Assembly: GCA_973895155.1 (NCBI GenBank)
Contig: OZ316894.1
Span: 18,886,805 to 18,950,804, forward strand
Origin: Marsupella aquatica
Lineage: Eukaryota; Plantae; Marchantiophyta
Length of the DNA: 64,000 nucleotides
Direction of reading: 5' to 3'
Made by a program: the position numbers and the translations under genes. The number at the start of each line of letters is the position of its first letter. The stretch's first letter is position 1. Shown here piece by piece: positions 1 through 12,572 of this stretch. The notes beneath the pieces were generated by a model. It worked only from the letters and a program-made list of their open reading frames with translations, was not told the origin of the DNA and did no database searches.

Positions 1-148
1 TATGACAACGAAATGCAATTCATGTTAGCGTATCCGAGAACGGATGCAAAGGAAAGGCTTACAGTAAAGTTACAACGAATGACAATGAACGGAAAGCAAG
101 AGCAAACACGAATCAGTGGAGACCGACGCGGAGTAAATGAAACAATAC

Positions 149-855
149 CCCTCGGTGAGTTTCCTTGGTGACTTGTTCCGCCTCCTCGTGCTTTCCTTCG
201 AGAGGACGAACAAACTGCCACACATGAAAGCACTATTAGAAGAGACATATTTAAATCAACTTTTCCACCATAGGAACAAAATTAGAAGAAAAACAAATTG
301 GTCAGTCTCCATGAATGGAAAATTGAGCTCGTACTAATTTGGGACTGCAAAGATCCCGCGACTAGAAATGTCAAATCAAAAACTGACACCATCCCGGTCG
401 AAACCAACATCCGATGGTCACCAGGCAATGGCAACCAACTGGTTCCGCCCAGTTCAGACCTTCTGCTATCCCAAGCTTCACAATGCTGCCATCACCACCG
501 AAGACGCTACGTCTCAAGGACAAAGTACTTACCACATTTGAAACCTGATCCGGGGACGGAGCCAAGTAGGCCAAGAATTTCCCATCCGAAGAAAGCCTTG
601 GTTGTTCCTGCTGGTAACCGAAGAGAATTTCCGTCGGAATCAACTCAGGGCCTGCATCGATCGTGCAATCACCCATTTATGCCATTGTGATCCCAAGACA
701 TTCATAGCTGGAAAGAGACGATACCTGTGATAGCTCTAGTATCGATGGCCTTAAATGTACAACTACTGAGGAGTGATGGAGGACCGCACACCTATGCCTT
801 TGCCATTCCCATTGGTCTTGAGATCAGCATTGCCGTGCACGTCAGAGACGGTCAT
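149..855 (-). CDS. S9 (prolyl oligopeptidase / dipeptidyl-aminopeptidase, DPF-6-like) peptidase; 5' exons only, gene continues past the left edge
   Basis: Exons 855-792 (MTVSDVHGNADLKTNGNGKGIG), 651-533 (PELIPTEILFGYQQEQPRLSSDGKFLAYLAPSPDQVSNV) and 214-149 (FVRPLEGKHEEAEQVTKETHRG), joined by GT-AG introns in matching phase. PxLIPxxxLFG...PRLSxDGKxLAYLAP is the N-terminal propeller signature of this S9 subfamily. The first exon is the least certain. Confidence 0.75.
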
Positions 856-2504
856 TATGGCGCTCCCTCCCTGGCAAGTTTTGTCAACTCTCTTCCAGCC
901 TCGTCAAGTATGCACTTATACGGATTGTCTGCCAAATTTCCACACAATGCCGCCGAATTCTTAGCATCCAAATGACAAGTCGATCAGTCCATCCTTCAGC
1001 TCAACAAAGTCTAATCAACGGCATATTTGACCTTTTGTAATGCAATAACATCCCAATATACAAATCTCCATACAGATCTGGAGACAAGAGATTGGGAGTG
1101 AAATTCACTAAAAGTCCAGAGAAAATCGAATCGAGACAAAGGACGGCTGAACCGGCTTCGCCCACTCATTATCTTCTCATCACTTGGCATAATTTTCCAA
1201 TCTGTCAGCTCATGTCGCGTGCAAAAAGGCGAATCAATGAGTTCTAAAGTCCCGATCCAGGCTAGAAATTAAAATCACAAATGAGAAACTGGCACAGAGG
1301 ACCTGAAGAAGAGACGGCCGACTACATTACAATCGCGGGTACAATCACACGAAAAGTATCGGAGGATCGGATTGGAACCGATTTTCTCAATAAGAGAGAA
1401 CGCACGGACAAGAGAAGACAGAGAGACAAAGACAGAATCGTGAAACCGGTCCACTACACCAACCTGAAACACACCACTTCTCCCACTTCTCAAAGCTTCG
1501 GATCTTCCCCAGTCAGTGAAAGCAGAGCTGGAGGAGAGGGTGCGCAAAGGAAAGGCTTCCCGAGCCTGTGAACAGCAGAGCTGGAGGAGAGGTGAGCAAA
1601 GGAGAGGCGGCTCGGCTCCTCTCACAAAATGCCTGTCCGATCCAATGCCTCCAAAAAGGAACAGGAGGGAGAAGCGGACAGGGGACCACACGGCAAGAGC
1701 AATACTAGACTGTTTCAGAATTGATCAAAACGAGGGAGACACCTCCAAATGTCGCCCCGAAAACGACCAAGTATGGAGAAATTCCTCACAAGCACGATGC
1801 AGCACCGTCAACCTTCCCAAACCTGCCCACCTCGTCGTCGGTAACACGACCCAGTACACTAAGGACGGAAATAATGGACTCCGAGGGGGACCCAGTGAAT
1901 CACGAATCGCATAGCACTCCCTCCTGCACGACGGAATCAGCCCCGTCAATGGGCAGCACACAGCTATTGCTACAGTCTGTATGATATAATAGCACTTTAT
2001 ATAACACTGCTAAAAGATGCTAAAAGGATGCTAAAAGGACAGGAACTCCAAACCTGGAGACATGGCAAAAAGACCAAGGGGGGAAACGGAGGCCCCAAGA
2101 AGACGCCAACCCTGAAGACATGGTCCGAAAGGCAAAAATACCAAGTGGGGAAATTGAAAGGAAAGGGCCCCCAAATCAGAAATAAAGCCAGGGGGGAAAT
2201 GGAAAGGACAAGGCCCCAAGAAGACCATCCTCTCTGAACTACGGCACAGAGGATGCTCATCTGCTTCGAACTGGGAAGTAAAATGTCCGAGAAAAATCAG
2301 CTTTTGCATTTATGGGCTATAACTCAGACACACTAAGGATGAGACTTTCCTGCACCTACAGCTGGCAATCTATACTACAATAGCCCAAATGCGTGGGCAT
2401 TGCACGAAAGGTTTTGAGGCAAGGCCCGTCCGAGTTGCATGGAAACCCCCACCCCTGCTACTGACTCCTTTATGATTATGCCTTGAATCCAAATATATAC
2501 ACAC

Positions 2505-5500
2505 TTTTTATATACAAAGGGATCAAACAGAGTACAAATGAACAAACAAAAGAGGGCCCAAGTGGACAAAACCAATCGAAAAAGAAGTGAGCAAAAGGGA
2601 ACCACTAAACACCAAGAAAGAGGAACTAAAAGTAAGAAATGAACAATAGGGAACCCCTAAAAACCAAGAAAGAGAGAGAGACTAAAACTAACCCAAGCGG
2701 ACCGAGGTCCTCATCATTCCTACCGATTGTGGCAAAAAGCTAATGGTCCACATCAAGAGTCAAAACTAGATCGGCAAGTGAGATTGGAACATCCTCAAGG
2801 GGAGCTAGCCGCTGCGGAGGCACACTAGCACCCACTGTAAGAGATCGACGATAGATGGCCCGAGCTTGAGCACGCTGTAAGGTCACTTAAATGCGTTGGC
2901 GAAAGTGCGTGGTCAAAATAGAAAGCGGGGGTCCGGTGGGACCCATTCGGCCATGAACATCCCGGGAAGCTTGCCGAAGAAGCCCATCAAACTGAGGATG
3001 AAGACGCCCAAATAGCTCCACAGCAAGGGGGAGGAAGCTGTCGGATGAAGCTCGTGCAGCATATTTGGCCTCCTTCGTTGTTGCCGCACGTGACGCTGCT
3101 GCCCCTGCCGTAGTTGCCGCTATCCCAATGATGTCTTGGCGCAATGGGTTTGCCACCACAACATCTGCCAAAGTACGTTGACCCTCACGGACCATGGTAA
3201 GATCCACCCGTAACCGCTGTGATGGAGGACCAGGTAACTCGAGTACCACCTCCCGCCGCACGCATACCAAAGAGCCAGAGAGAACCTGAGCAGTCGCATC
3301 TCGCACAGCGTCGTGAACAATAATGGTTTCACCTCCCAAACTGCACCGAAGAAGATGGACACCTGTGGCATCACAAGGCTTCCCACAAGTGCAAGAAGGA
3401 GGTAAACCTGCAAGAAGTGGGTGGGGCAGCCCCAGACGAAGACGCATGGCTGTGGAGAACTCCGTTGAAGACATCCGCAAATGAGGAATGACTGGATTGG
3501 CCTGAAGCCATCCACCTGCGCCCTTCCCTCCGGAAGAAAGAATCCGAGCTCGGTCCGTGTCAGGTGCCTCGGAGAGGATGCTGGAAAGGGTGAAAGTGTG
3601 CATACGCCCAGCGAGGTCTGCCTGAAGACAAATGGGATCCAAGGATAAAAACTCTTGGAAAGAAGGTAACGCGGCGCGAACGGGATCTGGTAATGAGGAC
3701 CGCGTTGCGCGCAAATGAACCTGAAACGGGAGGGAACCCTCCTCTACCTCCATGAGAGATGAAAGTAAAAAAGGGCGATCCTCAATAAGAAAATGATCGG
3801 CCAACAACGAGAAGGCGGTCGCCCACGCACCCAAAAAGGCCAAAGGTGCAAGGCTCTCAATGGAAGTAAGCCCAAAACCACCATGCGAAATAGGAAGACT
3901 GAGTTGTCGATGAAGCCACGGAGATGAGAGCAACGTACCCGGACCTAAAAGAGAGGCCAGGGTCTGACGAATGGAGACATCAAATGCTCGAAGGTGGAGA
4001 CAAAGATCCTCGGTAGGGGGATGCGACCTAGCCAGATAAGACGCACGAGGGTGGATGCACCTCAACAACATCCCAAATGCTGCCTGAGAATCTGCTAACT
4101 TAGGGAGCATAGGAGTATGGGCTAAGGCAGCCTGTATAGAGTCAGCGATGAAAGATGAGCAAAAGGAGGCGGTACCGACTGGGGAGCCAAGGACCCGAAG
4201 ACCATCGGCTGGACGTAAGAACCCTGGGGGAAGCACAAGATCAGAGGGTAACCCAGCTGGACTCCATGCACGACTCTTCACAGGCTGAACTCGTAAACCG
4301 AGGCCCATCAAATGGGTGGAAAGAGTGGCGAGGGCAAAAGTAACCGCGGCAGGAGGACCAATGATGTGGGTGTCATCTGAAAGGGAGGGGAAGATACACT
4401 GGGGGTGGGCCATGGGAGCTTCCCGTAAAGCTGTAAAATGGGCAATGGCAAAAAGAGGCCCACCCAAAGGGTCACCCTGACGTGTATCTTCTGCAGAGGA
4501 AAGAGTGGTATACACACCTGTAGAGGAGTGATGACTATAGAAGAGTGGGGCCTCGAGTCCATAAAAACAATGGACAAAGGGGATCAGGGACTAGATGTCT
4601 GGATCCGCCGCCCTCAAAGCACGAAAAATGGCTGCCCGAGAAACCGTATTAAAAGCGTTAGAGACATCAACCTGGAGGACAACCCAATCAGGGTGGAGGT
4701 CCAATGTAGCTCGAATACCCGCAATAACCGTCTCACAACCGCCAGGAACGCCAACTGCAAACTGATGTGGAGAGAGATGATCCGATAGTGCAGAGCGAAA
4801 CTGTGAGGAAAGTGTGCGAGACACAAGACGAAGAAAAACCTCCCCAATAGCAATTGGCCGAACACCCGGTGAAGACTTAGCCATGGCCAATAAACGAGAA
4901 GCACTCAAGAGCCGAGAGACGGGAGGAGGCAAACGACCGGCTGCAATACACTGGCAAAAGGAGAAGAAAACTGGAAAACCAAACTGAGGATCCTCAGGGG
5001 GGAATAAATCACGAAAATGCTCAAAGACATAGCCGGAGGGGCCACCAGCAGAACAACGCGGGGCATGGAGGAAGGCATAGGTGAAGTGGTCCCTACTAAA
5101 CTGAAGATCCTCCTCAGGCTCAAAATCCTCGACAAACAAAGGGAGCTGATCATGGGGCTGCGGATGGAGATCCTGAAGGGCCAACGAGGTGACCTCGCCA
5201 GGGGGGCTGGTGTGGTGGGAGAAAGGGCCTGGACAGCCCGACGATATTCACCAGCCTGGGCTAAACGACAAGAGCGACGAAGACGTCTATACTCAGGGGG
5301 ATGAGAGTGGCGAGCTGGGTCAGACAAAGCACGGGCGGTAAAAGACCGGGCGCGAAGAAAGTACTCTTCCTGAAGCTGCTCCCAATCTCCCCGCAAAAAA
5401 CGATGGATACGAGAGGCAGTCTCACGGTGACCCACACGACCACCATGACTAGGGAGGGTAAGAGTCCACTGTGGAAAAAGCATCAGTAAAGACCAGTAGG

Positions 5501-6420
5501 AGACCTCCATAGGATGTGCCAAGATAAACTGCATGAGTTGCAACAAGGAGGACCGAACTAAAGGGCGCAGCGCCAGAGGAATGTGGTTATAAAGGCGAGG
5601 TCTAATGTACCCTGGATGGTAGGCTGGAAGGGGGTCTAGAGTGCGAACCCAACTCCATGCCTGCTCGGGAGCCTCCAAGGAGGGAGGGGCAGAGCTAACC
5701 GGGTCAATAGGGGGCTGAGGCTGGGATTGTGCTTGCTGGCGACGATAGCACCGGCCCCGCCCGCGATGATGAGGGAGGGAGATGCCAACCCATCCACAGT
5801 CAGGACAAGTATGTAGGGGACGCTCGTCCGGGGAGGGAGCAGGGAAAGACTGGACAGGAGGTGGGGGTGGAACAGATGTGGACGAGGAGGCCGGAGGAGG
5901 ATGATGAATGGGTGGAGGGGGAATGGGGTGGGGAGAGGAGCCAGGGCGACGATGGGGTGGGCAGTAGACGGGGGGGACTGGTAGAGCATTGGGCATGGGA
6001 TCATCACGAAGATGAGAGAGATCCAGTGAAGAAGAGCAAACACGAAGACGACCACGAGGACGGGGGAGAAGTGTGGGGTGGGGCTGGGCGCTTGCCCCGC
6101 GCCAACACTCTCAACGTAGACATGACAGGCCGCAACCCGCTAAAAGCAAAAACGCATCAAGAAGCGACAAAAGGCCCAACCGAGGCATGTGAAAAGAAAG
6201 GGGAGGCGATGGAGAGAGCCCACCGCATCAGGTCGAGAAACGGCGCCACCGCTAGCCTAGGAAACCGTTGAGCAGGTGCAGGAACAGTAAGGAACAAAGC
6301 TGAAACGCCCGTCGATCTGTCCGTTGGGGAGTCGACATGAGTGAAGATCCGCCCTCTAGATTGAGCGTGCGGCAACAGCTCCCGAAGGCGACAACCAATT
6401 GGAGGAGAAGCGATGGCCTA
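2505..6420 (-). mobile_element. CRE-clade non-LTR retrotransposon (RT plus restriction-like endonuclease), inactivated; boundaries approximate
   Basis: Single-ORF layout: Pro-rich N-terminus with a Cys/His motif (CPDCGWVGISLPHHRGRGRC), RT motifs (GVRPIAIGE, HQFAVGVPGGCE, VDVSNAFN, QGDPLG, SDD, GLRVLGSPVG, GGFGL), a Cys/His knuckle (CTCG..HLLRC..HDAVRD) and REL-type RVDL..LADV..KEAKY..PLAVELFG. T-rich 3' UTR ends near 2505. Confidence 0.85.
2740..5996 (-). pseudogene. Disrupted RT-REL polyprotein of the CRE element
   Basis: ORFs 4905-5996, 4591-5184 and 2887-4515 join with one frameshift near 5195 and an in-frame TAG at 4591-4593. A premature TAA at 2887-2889 interrupts the conserved RQRI(S)VTLQRAQA, and that frame continues to a TAG at 2740. 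Confidence 0.8.
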
Positions 6421-7399
6421 AAGCCGATGTGACTCGCTCATACGTTGACCCAAATCGAGTCGTGAAAACGCCAAGATCGCCAAACGCGCAGCCAATGTGA
6501 AAAAATGGCGAAACCTAAATCTGATGAAACTCGCTCAATTGGTGACCGTTTGGGGCGCAATTCATATCGATCTTCACCGCCTCGCCAAGATCTTTCCAAA
6601 GCCGTCAAGAACACCCAGATCCGAAACTCCTGGAGAAAGTTACGACCCAAATGGAGTCGCGAAATCGCCAAAATGGTCAAACGCGCAGAAAAAGTGAAAA
6701 AACGGCAAAACCTAAATCCGATGTAACTCGTTCATAGGGTGACCGTTTGGGGCGCAAGTCATATCAATCTTCACCGCCTCGCCAAGATCTTTCCAAAGCC
6801 GTCAAGAACTCCCAGATCCGAATCTCCTGGAGAAAGTTACGACCCAAATTGAGTCGTGAAATCGCCCAAATCGCCAAACGCGCAGAAAAAGTGAAAAAAT
6901 GACGAAACTTAAATCCGATGTAACTCGCGCATACGGTGACCGTTTGAGGCGCAAGTTGTATAGATCTTCACCGCCTGGCCAAGATCTTTCCAAAGCCGTC
7001 AAGAACTCCCAAATCCGAAACTCGCGGAGAAAGTTACGACCCAAATTGAGTCGCGAAATCACCAAACGCGCAGAAAAAGTGAAAAAACGGCGAAACTTAA
7101 ATCCGACCTAATGCGCTCATACGGTGACCGTTTGGGGCGCAAGTCGTATCGATCTTCACCGCCTCGCCAAGATCCTTCCAAAGCCGTCAAGAACTCCCAA
7201 ATCCGAAACTCGCGGAGAAAGTTACGACCCAAATTGAGTCGCGAAATCGCCGAACGCGCAGAAAAAGTGAAAAAATGGCGAAAATTAAATCTGATGTAAC
7301 TCGCTCATACGGTGACCGTTTGGGGCGCAATTCATATCGATCTTCACCGCCTCGCCATGATCTTTTCAAATCAGTCCAGAACTCCCAAATCCGAAACTC
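6420..7399. repeat. Tandem array of 188/197-bp units: four full copies plus partial copies at both ends
   Basis: The anchor AAATC(C/T)GA recurs at 6517, 6714, 6911, 7099 and 7287 (periods 197, 197, 188, 188). The units differ by a 9-bp internal duplication. An internally deleted copy lies at 6420-6516. Confidence 0.95.
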
Positions 7400-7959
7400 T
7401 CTGTTTGATTTGCCAGATTTCCAGTTTTCTTCTTGTGACCTTTTTTTTGGCCTTGAAACCGAAAGCTGTGTAATCCTTGAATGATTATGGTGCTTGGCTA
7501 GTGACACCACTTCATGTGTCTGTTTTAGTGTCTCTACGGGTTCTGTGCATATTTGAGCACTACCAACAGGAGTGAAATCTAGTCGGGGTCAATGTGGGCC
7601 AATCATAATTCAAAACAGAGCCTGAAAGTCCGATCAAAGACTGACATACAGTCTGAGTTATGAGCTATATGCTCACCCTATACCTCATAACGGGGACCGT
7701 ATGCCCTTAATCCTGTATGTTGTGGTCATGAAGGGTATGTGAACCCTTCGTGTACTTTCTTGTTTTTTTCCTTTTGATGGGGGATTATGAGCCATTACCG
7801 CTGCCACCTGTGTTCTGGGAGTATGAGACTTTGGCCCCCTTCATTAGCCCGCCTAGTAGAGGGTTACCTGAAATTTGCAGAGTAAATTTGCCAGGGATAA
7901 GCTTGATGGACCCCCTGTCAGACAAAGTTAAAAGTATTAATTGTATGGCATGTACCCTA

Positions 7960-8310
7960 CCATGGGAGCCTTGGAATTGCAAAATAGCAAATCCACACAT
8001 TTTCTTCCCTTGCTGGACACTCTACACTAAGCATGACATTGTGATTCCGCATCATTCTGCTCTTACTTTCCTCACTTGACCTTCCCTTGCTCAGTTGTAT
8101 GGCCGTTAAAGATCTTCAAGTCCTTAAAAAAAATTTAACAGTCGTGCCATTTACCCTACAATTGGAGCCTTGTTGTAAGAATATGCAAAAAAACAAAGCA
8201 AATTCACATATTTTCTGCCTTCATGTACGCCCTAGACTAAGCATGACCTTGTGATTCTGAATCTGATCTCATTTTAGTCACTTGCCCTTCCCTTTCTCAG
8301 TTGCGTGACC
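7960..8310. repeat. Diverged direct duplication, about 200-bp period
   Basis: GGAGCCTTG...AGCAAAT.CACA.ATTTTCT...ACTAAGCATGAC.TTGTGATTC...TCACTTG.CCTTCCCTT.CTCAGTTG occurs twice. Confidence 0.7.
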
Positions 8311-11300
8311 AGGAAACCATCTTTAAGTACTCTGTATTTTTGGTAACACAGGGTTGCATGTTTGTATACAAAAGCTGTATATATTTTTGAGAATATATCA
8401 AAATAGGTAAGTGTATGTGTATTAGCCAAATGTTTGTCTATAGTTTCAACAAGAAAATAATGCTCAATGGATCCTGCCCATGAATATTTCAACCGGGATG
8501 GACCTGGTTAGAGTTAACCAAAGGTCTTGAATTTCCAACAAAGATTTGTTGTGAGCCATTGGCGCTGTGCTGTTCATGTGGCATTTTGTCAAACATTTAG
8601 GCCTATTAGGAAAATGGTTTCTTGGGGAGTTAAAGTTCTTATAAATGTGATTCTCCATTTACAAGTTGGGGTTGAATATGTAGGCTAGGAATAAAGAATG
8701 AGAATACCTCGGAGAATACAATATTTTTGAGAAAAAAAATTAAGCAACCTTTAAAAAACTCCTTGCAAATAAACTATGCATACTTTTGCTTCAGAAGAAA
8801 AACTAGTTGGTAAAGTGTGCAGTTTTGGGGTGTGTGTTTCTTGAGTGTGAATTGATTATGTGTGAGTTTTTCCTCTAGATATGATTTGCTCCATGCAAAT
8901 TTTTCTCCCTGACCTGAATAAAGATACTCGGGCTAAATTATGGAAAAAAATATATAATGGCAGCAGTTCGCCACATTTGAATCAAGGGCTGACATCATTA
9001 GCCAGCAAGTCCTAAGCAAGATGAGGGCTGTTAGCCTGTTGCTCATTACCATGCAATGTACATAGTCACTAGTAACTGACAATGAGCTAGCAGAGTTTTC
9101 CCAAGAATGAGCTAGCTAGCCCAGCCAAGAAGTTTTCACAAAAAGTTAATTTCAAGTTTGTTTTAAAGAGAGCAAATGTTCAAATTACCATTTGCCACCT
9201 GAGTGCATTGTTAAGCTTTGGGATTAGCCAATTATTTGAGACTATAAGCCAGTTGACTAGAACCCAAAGGAGTAGCCACCCAAAGGAGTAGCCAACTTTC
9301 CTTACTTCATAGGCCACTAGCTAGCTCGCGAGCCACCTCGGCTAATTTTTTAATTTTTTAAATACAGGAAAAAATGGCTGGTCTCCACAATGTTTGTCAA
9401 TGAATGAACTTTGTGGCGATGCTTTTCGATGATTTGCCAATACCTTTGGCAAATGTCGCCATATCCAAGCTCCCAACCGCCAGGTTTAGCAAGCATGGTG
9501 GTCGCCAAACCCACCCGTCCCCCTCCCCCACAAAAAACACAAATTCAGACCTCCATTTGCATAGACTCTAGAAGCAACACGACAATTTGCACACAATCGA
9601 GATAGATAATTGAAAGTACATTTGGGAATGGAGGTCAGATTAGGGGGTTTTGGTGATGGGGTTGTCGAGTTTCGATGGTGGTGTAGAAATTCAATTGCTG
9701 TAACTCGCACCTCTGTCTCAATGATTTGGGGAGGCTTGGACACCAAACAGGAAGAGATTTTGCATGTTCGAGATGACCATGCATATATAATTCCAGCAAA
9801 CATCTCTTTCCTCAATGTGCTGATCAGTTTCTATGCCTGAAGTTTTAGCGCACAGGGCGAGGTGAGAAAATTCCAGTGCTTGTATGATCTTCATTGTTTT
9901 GGATATGGCATTCTTTGGTGTATCTGCTCTGTTTTGGATATGGCATTGGTGAAACTCTTATTACATCCAGAATTTCAACTCTCAAAATTCAGAGACCAGT
10001 GCATCTGTAGCTAAATGTTCTCACTTGGTCTCCTCCAACTTTCCACCTCGTGTCGCATATGAACACTTCGACTGCAAGATCGAAGAAGAGAGAGAACAGT
10101 GAATCATCAATCCAACAACGCGGAGGTGCTGACTGTCAGATCTTGTAAACATTCGCTTCTACTCGGAGCCGATGGAACAGGACAATTTACTCACGTACTA
10201 CAGCACTGCGACTCATCGGTAAAAACTGCACACAGAAGATGTTGATGGCCAGTCGATTAAGTGAAATTGCATGATCAGTGTCGCAAAGAAGCTGCTCGCC
10301 CTATTATCGCGGAGTGCTTTACGTTCCTCAAAGCGAACGGTTTTGCTATTGGATATTTGTAGCAACCTAAATCTCGCAAGTTCAAATCAGAATTATCACT
10401 TTACACGCAATCTCGCTGCCTTTATACCGTTGGCGAGAATGATATCTCCGCAGCTTCAATCTCGGCCACCGAACGAGCTATAAAATATCCAGACCGGATG
10501 TTCGTGCTCGATCAAAAGTGAATCAGATTGCGGTCGTTCATGCGTTCATCCTTGGCCCGGTCAAGGGGGCTGAAACCTAGGAAATGTTTTGGGGATAACG
10601 AGAGTACAACCACTGAGGGACTTGTGGTAGTACTCTCGTTCGAATGTCAGATGACAAAACAAAGGGGATGCACTTGTGAGGTTCAATGCTTGGCGAAGCA
10701 TGGTAACTTATTTATTTTTTCTTTAGTTGTCTTTTGGTCCTCTCTCGGCTATTTCTCTTTTGCTTTTTGCTGGCCCTATATCAGTCAATCTGTTCTCTCT
10801 CTTCTTCGCTTGGCGAGGCATGGTAAGTAAACTCATTGTTTTCGTTGAACGTGTCTTCGCTTTAATTACGGTCATGAACCTCTTCGCGACCCCAGATCTG
10901 GTAGACTGCCAACTACGTACGTACTGGATTGGATATTTATTCTATCGATGCGATTCCAACATTCGGCGGTGTCTCCTAAGAATCAGCAGGCACACTTTTC
11001 TTGCTCGCCCAAGACACGAAAATGCTTTTGTTAGACACACTCGCACGCAGCATTGGACGGCAGCCGTAGGCTCTTTCTGTGCTAAAAGTCTGCACGCGAA
11101 AAGCAATTGCCAATCATTTGGATCGACCCCAAGTAGCCTTTGGAGTAGATGTTCGAGCACTAAAGTGCGAAGAGCCAGGGTTCGTCGCAGGTCAACGGTG
11201 TTTTTACAGCTGGCCCATCCATCATCACTCTATCTGCGGTACTGTGCTAACAAAAGAAGAGTGACAGATTTCTATAAGTAAGCAACTCTATGTATGGTCC

Positions 11301-11362
11301 TGCAGCCTCAAATGAGCACTCCATGACCGCTTCGTTGCGATAGTACTTTACCCCTAACTCAC

Positions 11363-11540
11363 ATAGATTCTTGTATGGCCATCGAGGAGCAGCAACGACA
11401 GCAAGCTCCGAGAACCGGTCATTAATTAACAGCTCCTGAGCTAATGCTAGTCATGGATTCTTCTTTGGCCAGGGAGGGGTATCAGCTACAACAAGCTTGG
11501 TGACCTGGTCATTAGTTAATACCTCTGAGCTAATGCCAGA
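11363..11540. repeat. Diverged tandem duplication, about 89 bp
   Basis: GATTCTT...TGGCCA...CAAGCT...GGTCATTA.TTAA...CTGAGCTAATGC.AG occurs twice. Confidence 0.7.
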
Positions 11541-12572
11541 CACGGTGGCCTTTGGAGACTAGGGACTGACTTGTGCTTTTTAGCTTATTAGTTGGCCCTG
11601 GTGCAGCTGGTGACTTGGAGAGTTCGCATCCACTGTGATGATTTAATACGTACGGAGTTTCTCCATGATTGGGGTGTGAGGGATGCAATAATTTTTTCGT
11701 AGGTCTCAGACAGCCCACGGCCGGCCATCCATCAATTCCGTTCCCTCCCCGGATGCTCACTTTGTTGCGGATGTGACTCTAGTATCCCTTTGTGGGATAG
11801 CGTTGTCCACGTGATAAGAGTTTCTTCAGAAGTCACAATCCTTCTTTCCCTGACGACGTTTTTGCCTCGCGCAACTTTCATGAATTTCATGATGCGTAAA
11901 ACCAGCATACATTTCAGGATGTCCATTTTGTGTTGCCGTTCACTTTTCATCGGGATCTGCGGGAGATTCTTCTCTACAGTAAGTTGATGTCAAGAGTTTG
12001 TGATCAGAGATGGAAATGTGCTTTTGAAGAGAAGAAAAGACTCAGTCTCTTGCTCTCGCGTAATCTGCTCGTGACTAGCTTCTCGAGACTTCGTACTTGA
12101 ATCATTGCTGTTTCCAGAGTCACAAAACGATGAACACGATGAGATCTGCTACATCAGAAATTTGGTGGGCGAAGTAAAAGCCTCCTCACCATAAATTAAT
12201 GTACCTCGAGATTGCGTCTCGTGCTTAGCATCAGGTAAATGTCATGCCAAAATCTCGGCCAAAATCAACAACCGGCTCTGTAGCGAAATAGATTCCAACA
12301 CTCCAACAAGCGCATGAAGTCATGATTGGGGAACTTAGGTATTAGAATCTTTGTGGCAGTAGTAATAACTATTCAACCAACCATCTCTTCGTCTCAAGAG
12401 AGGTCTCAAGTGCTAAATAGCTATTCAACCATCCATCTCTTTGTCTCAAGGGAGGTCTCAAGTGCTGCTCTCAAGAATGCAGATTCAGGTGTTAAGGTCT
12501 GGTTCCCACCACTCTAAATTTATGGAAGAAAATCCTCACAAGTGTCATGATTCAGGGCAAGATTATACTTGA

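Noticed and set aside
674-685. Minimal uORF ATG-GCA-TAA directly before the ORF-track start at 676
   Set aside because: A better model places this sequence inside the 791-652 intron, with the start codon at 855.
1996-2310. Possible 3'-UTR remnants of LINE/SINE elements (also about 23340-23580 and 25160-25470)
   Set aside because: Only compositional similarity (T-rich tract and short A-rich tail); no coding motif or TSD was found.
5017-6271. Plus-strand ORFs, including a 180-aa one, over the CRE element
   Set aside because: They are antisense shadows of the GC-rich, Pro-rich retrotransposon ORF.
6438-7510. Cluster of short basic ORFs
   Set aside because: They are translations of the 188/197-bp tandem repeat.
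9400-12300. Several 60-184 aa ORFs
   Set aside because: No recognisable motifs or consistent exon structure.
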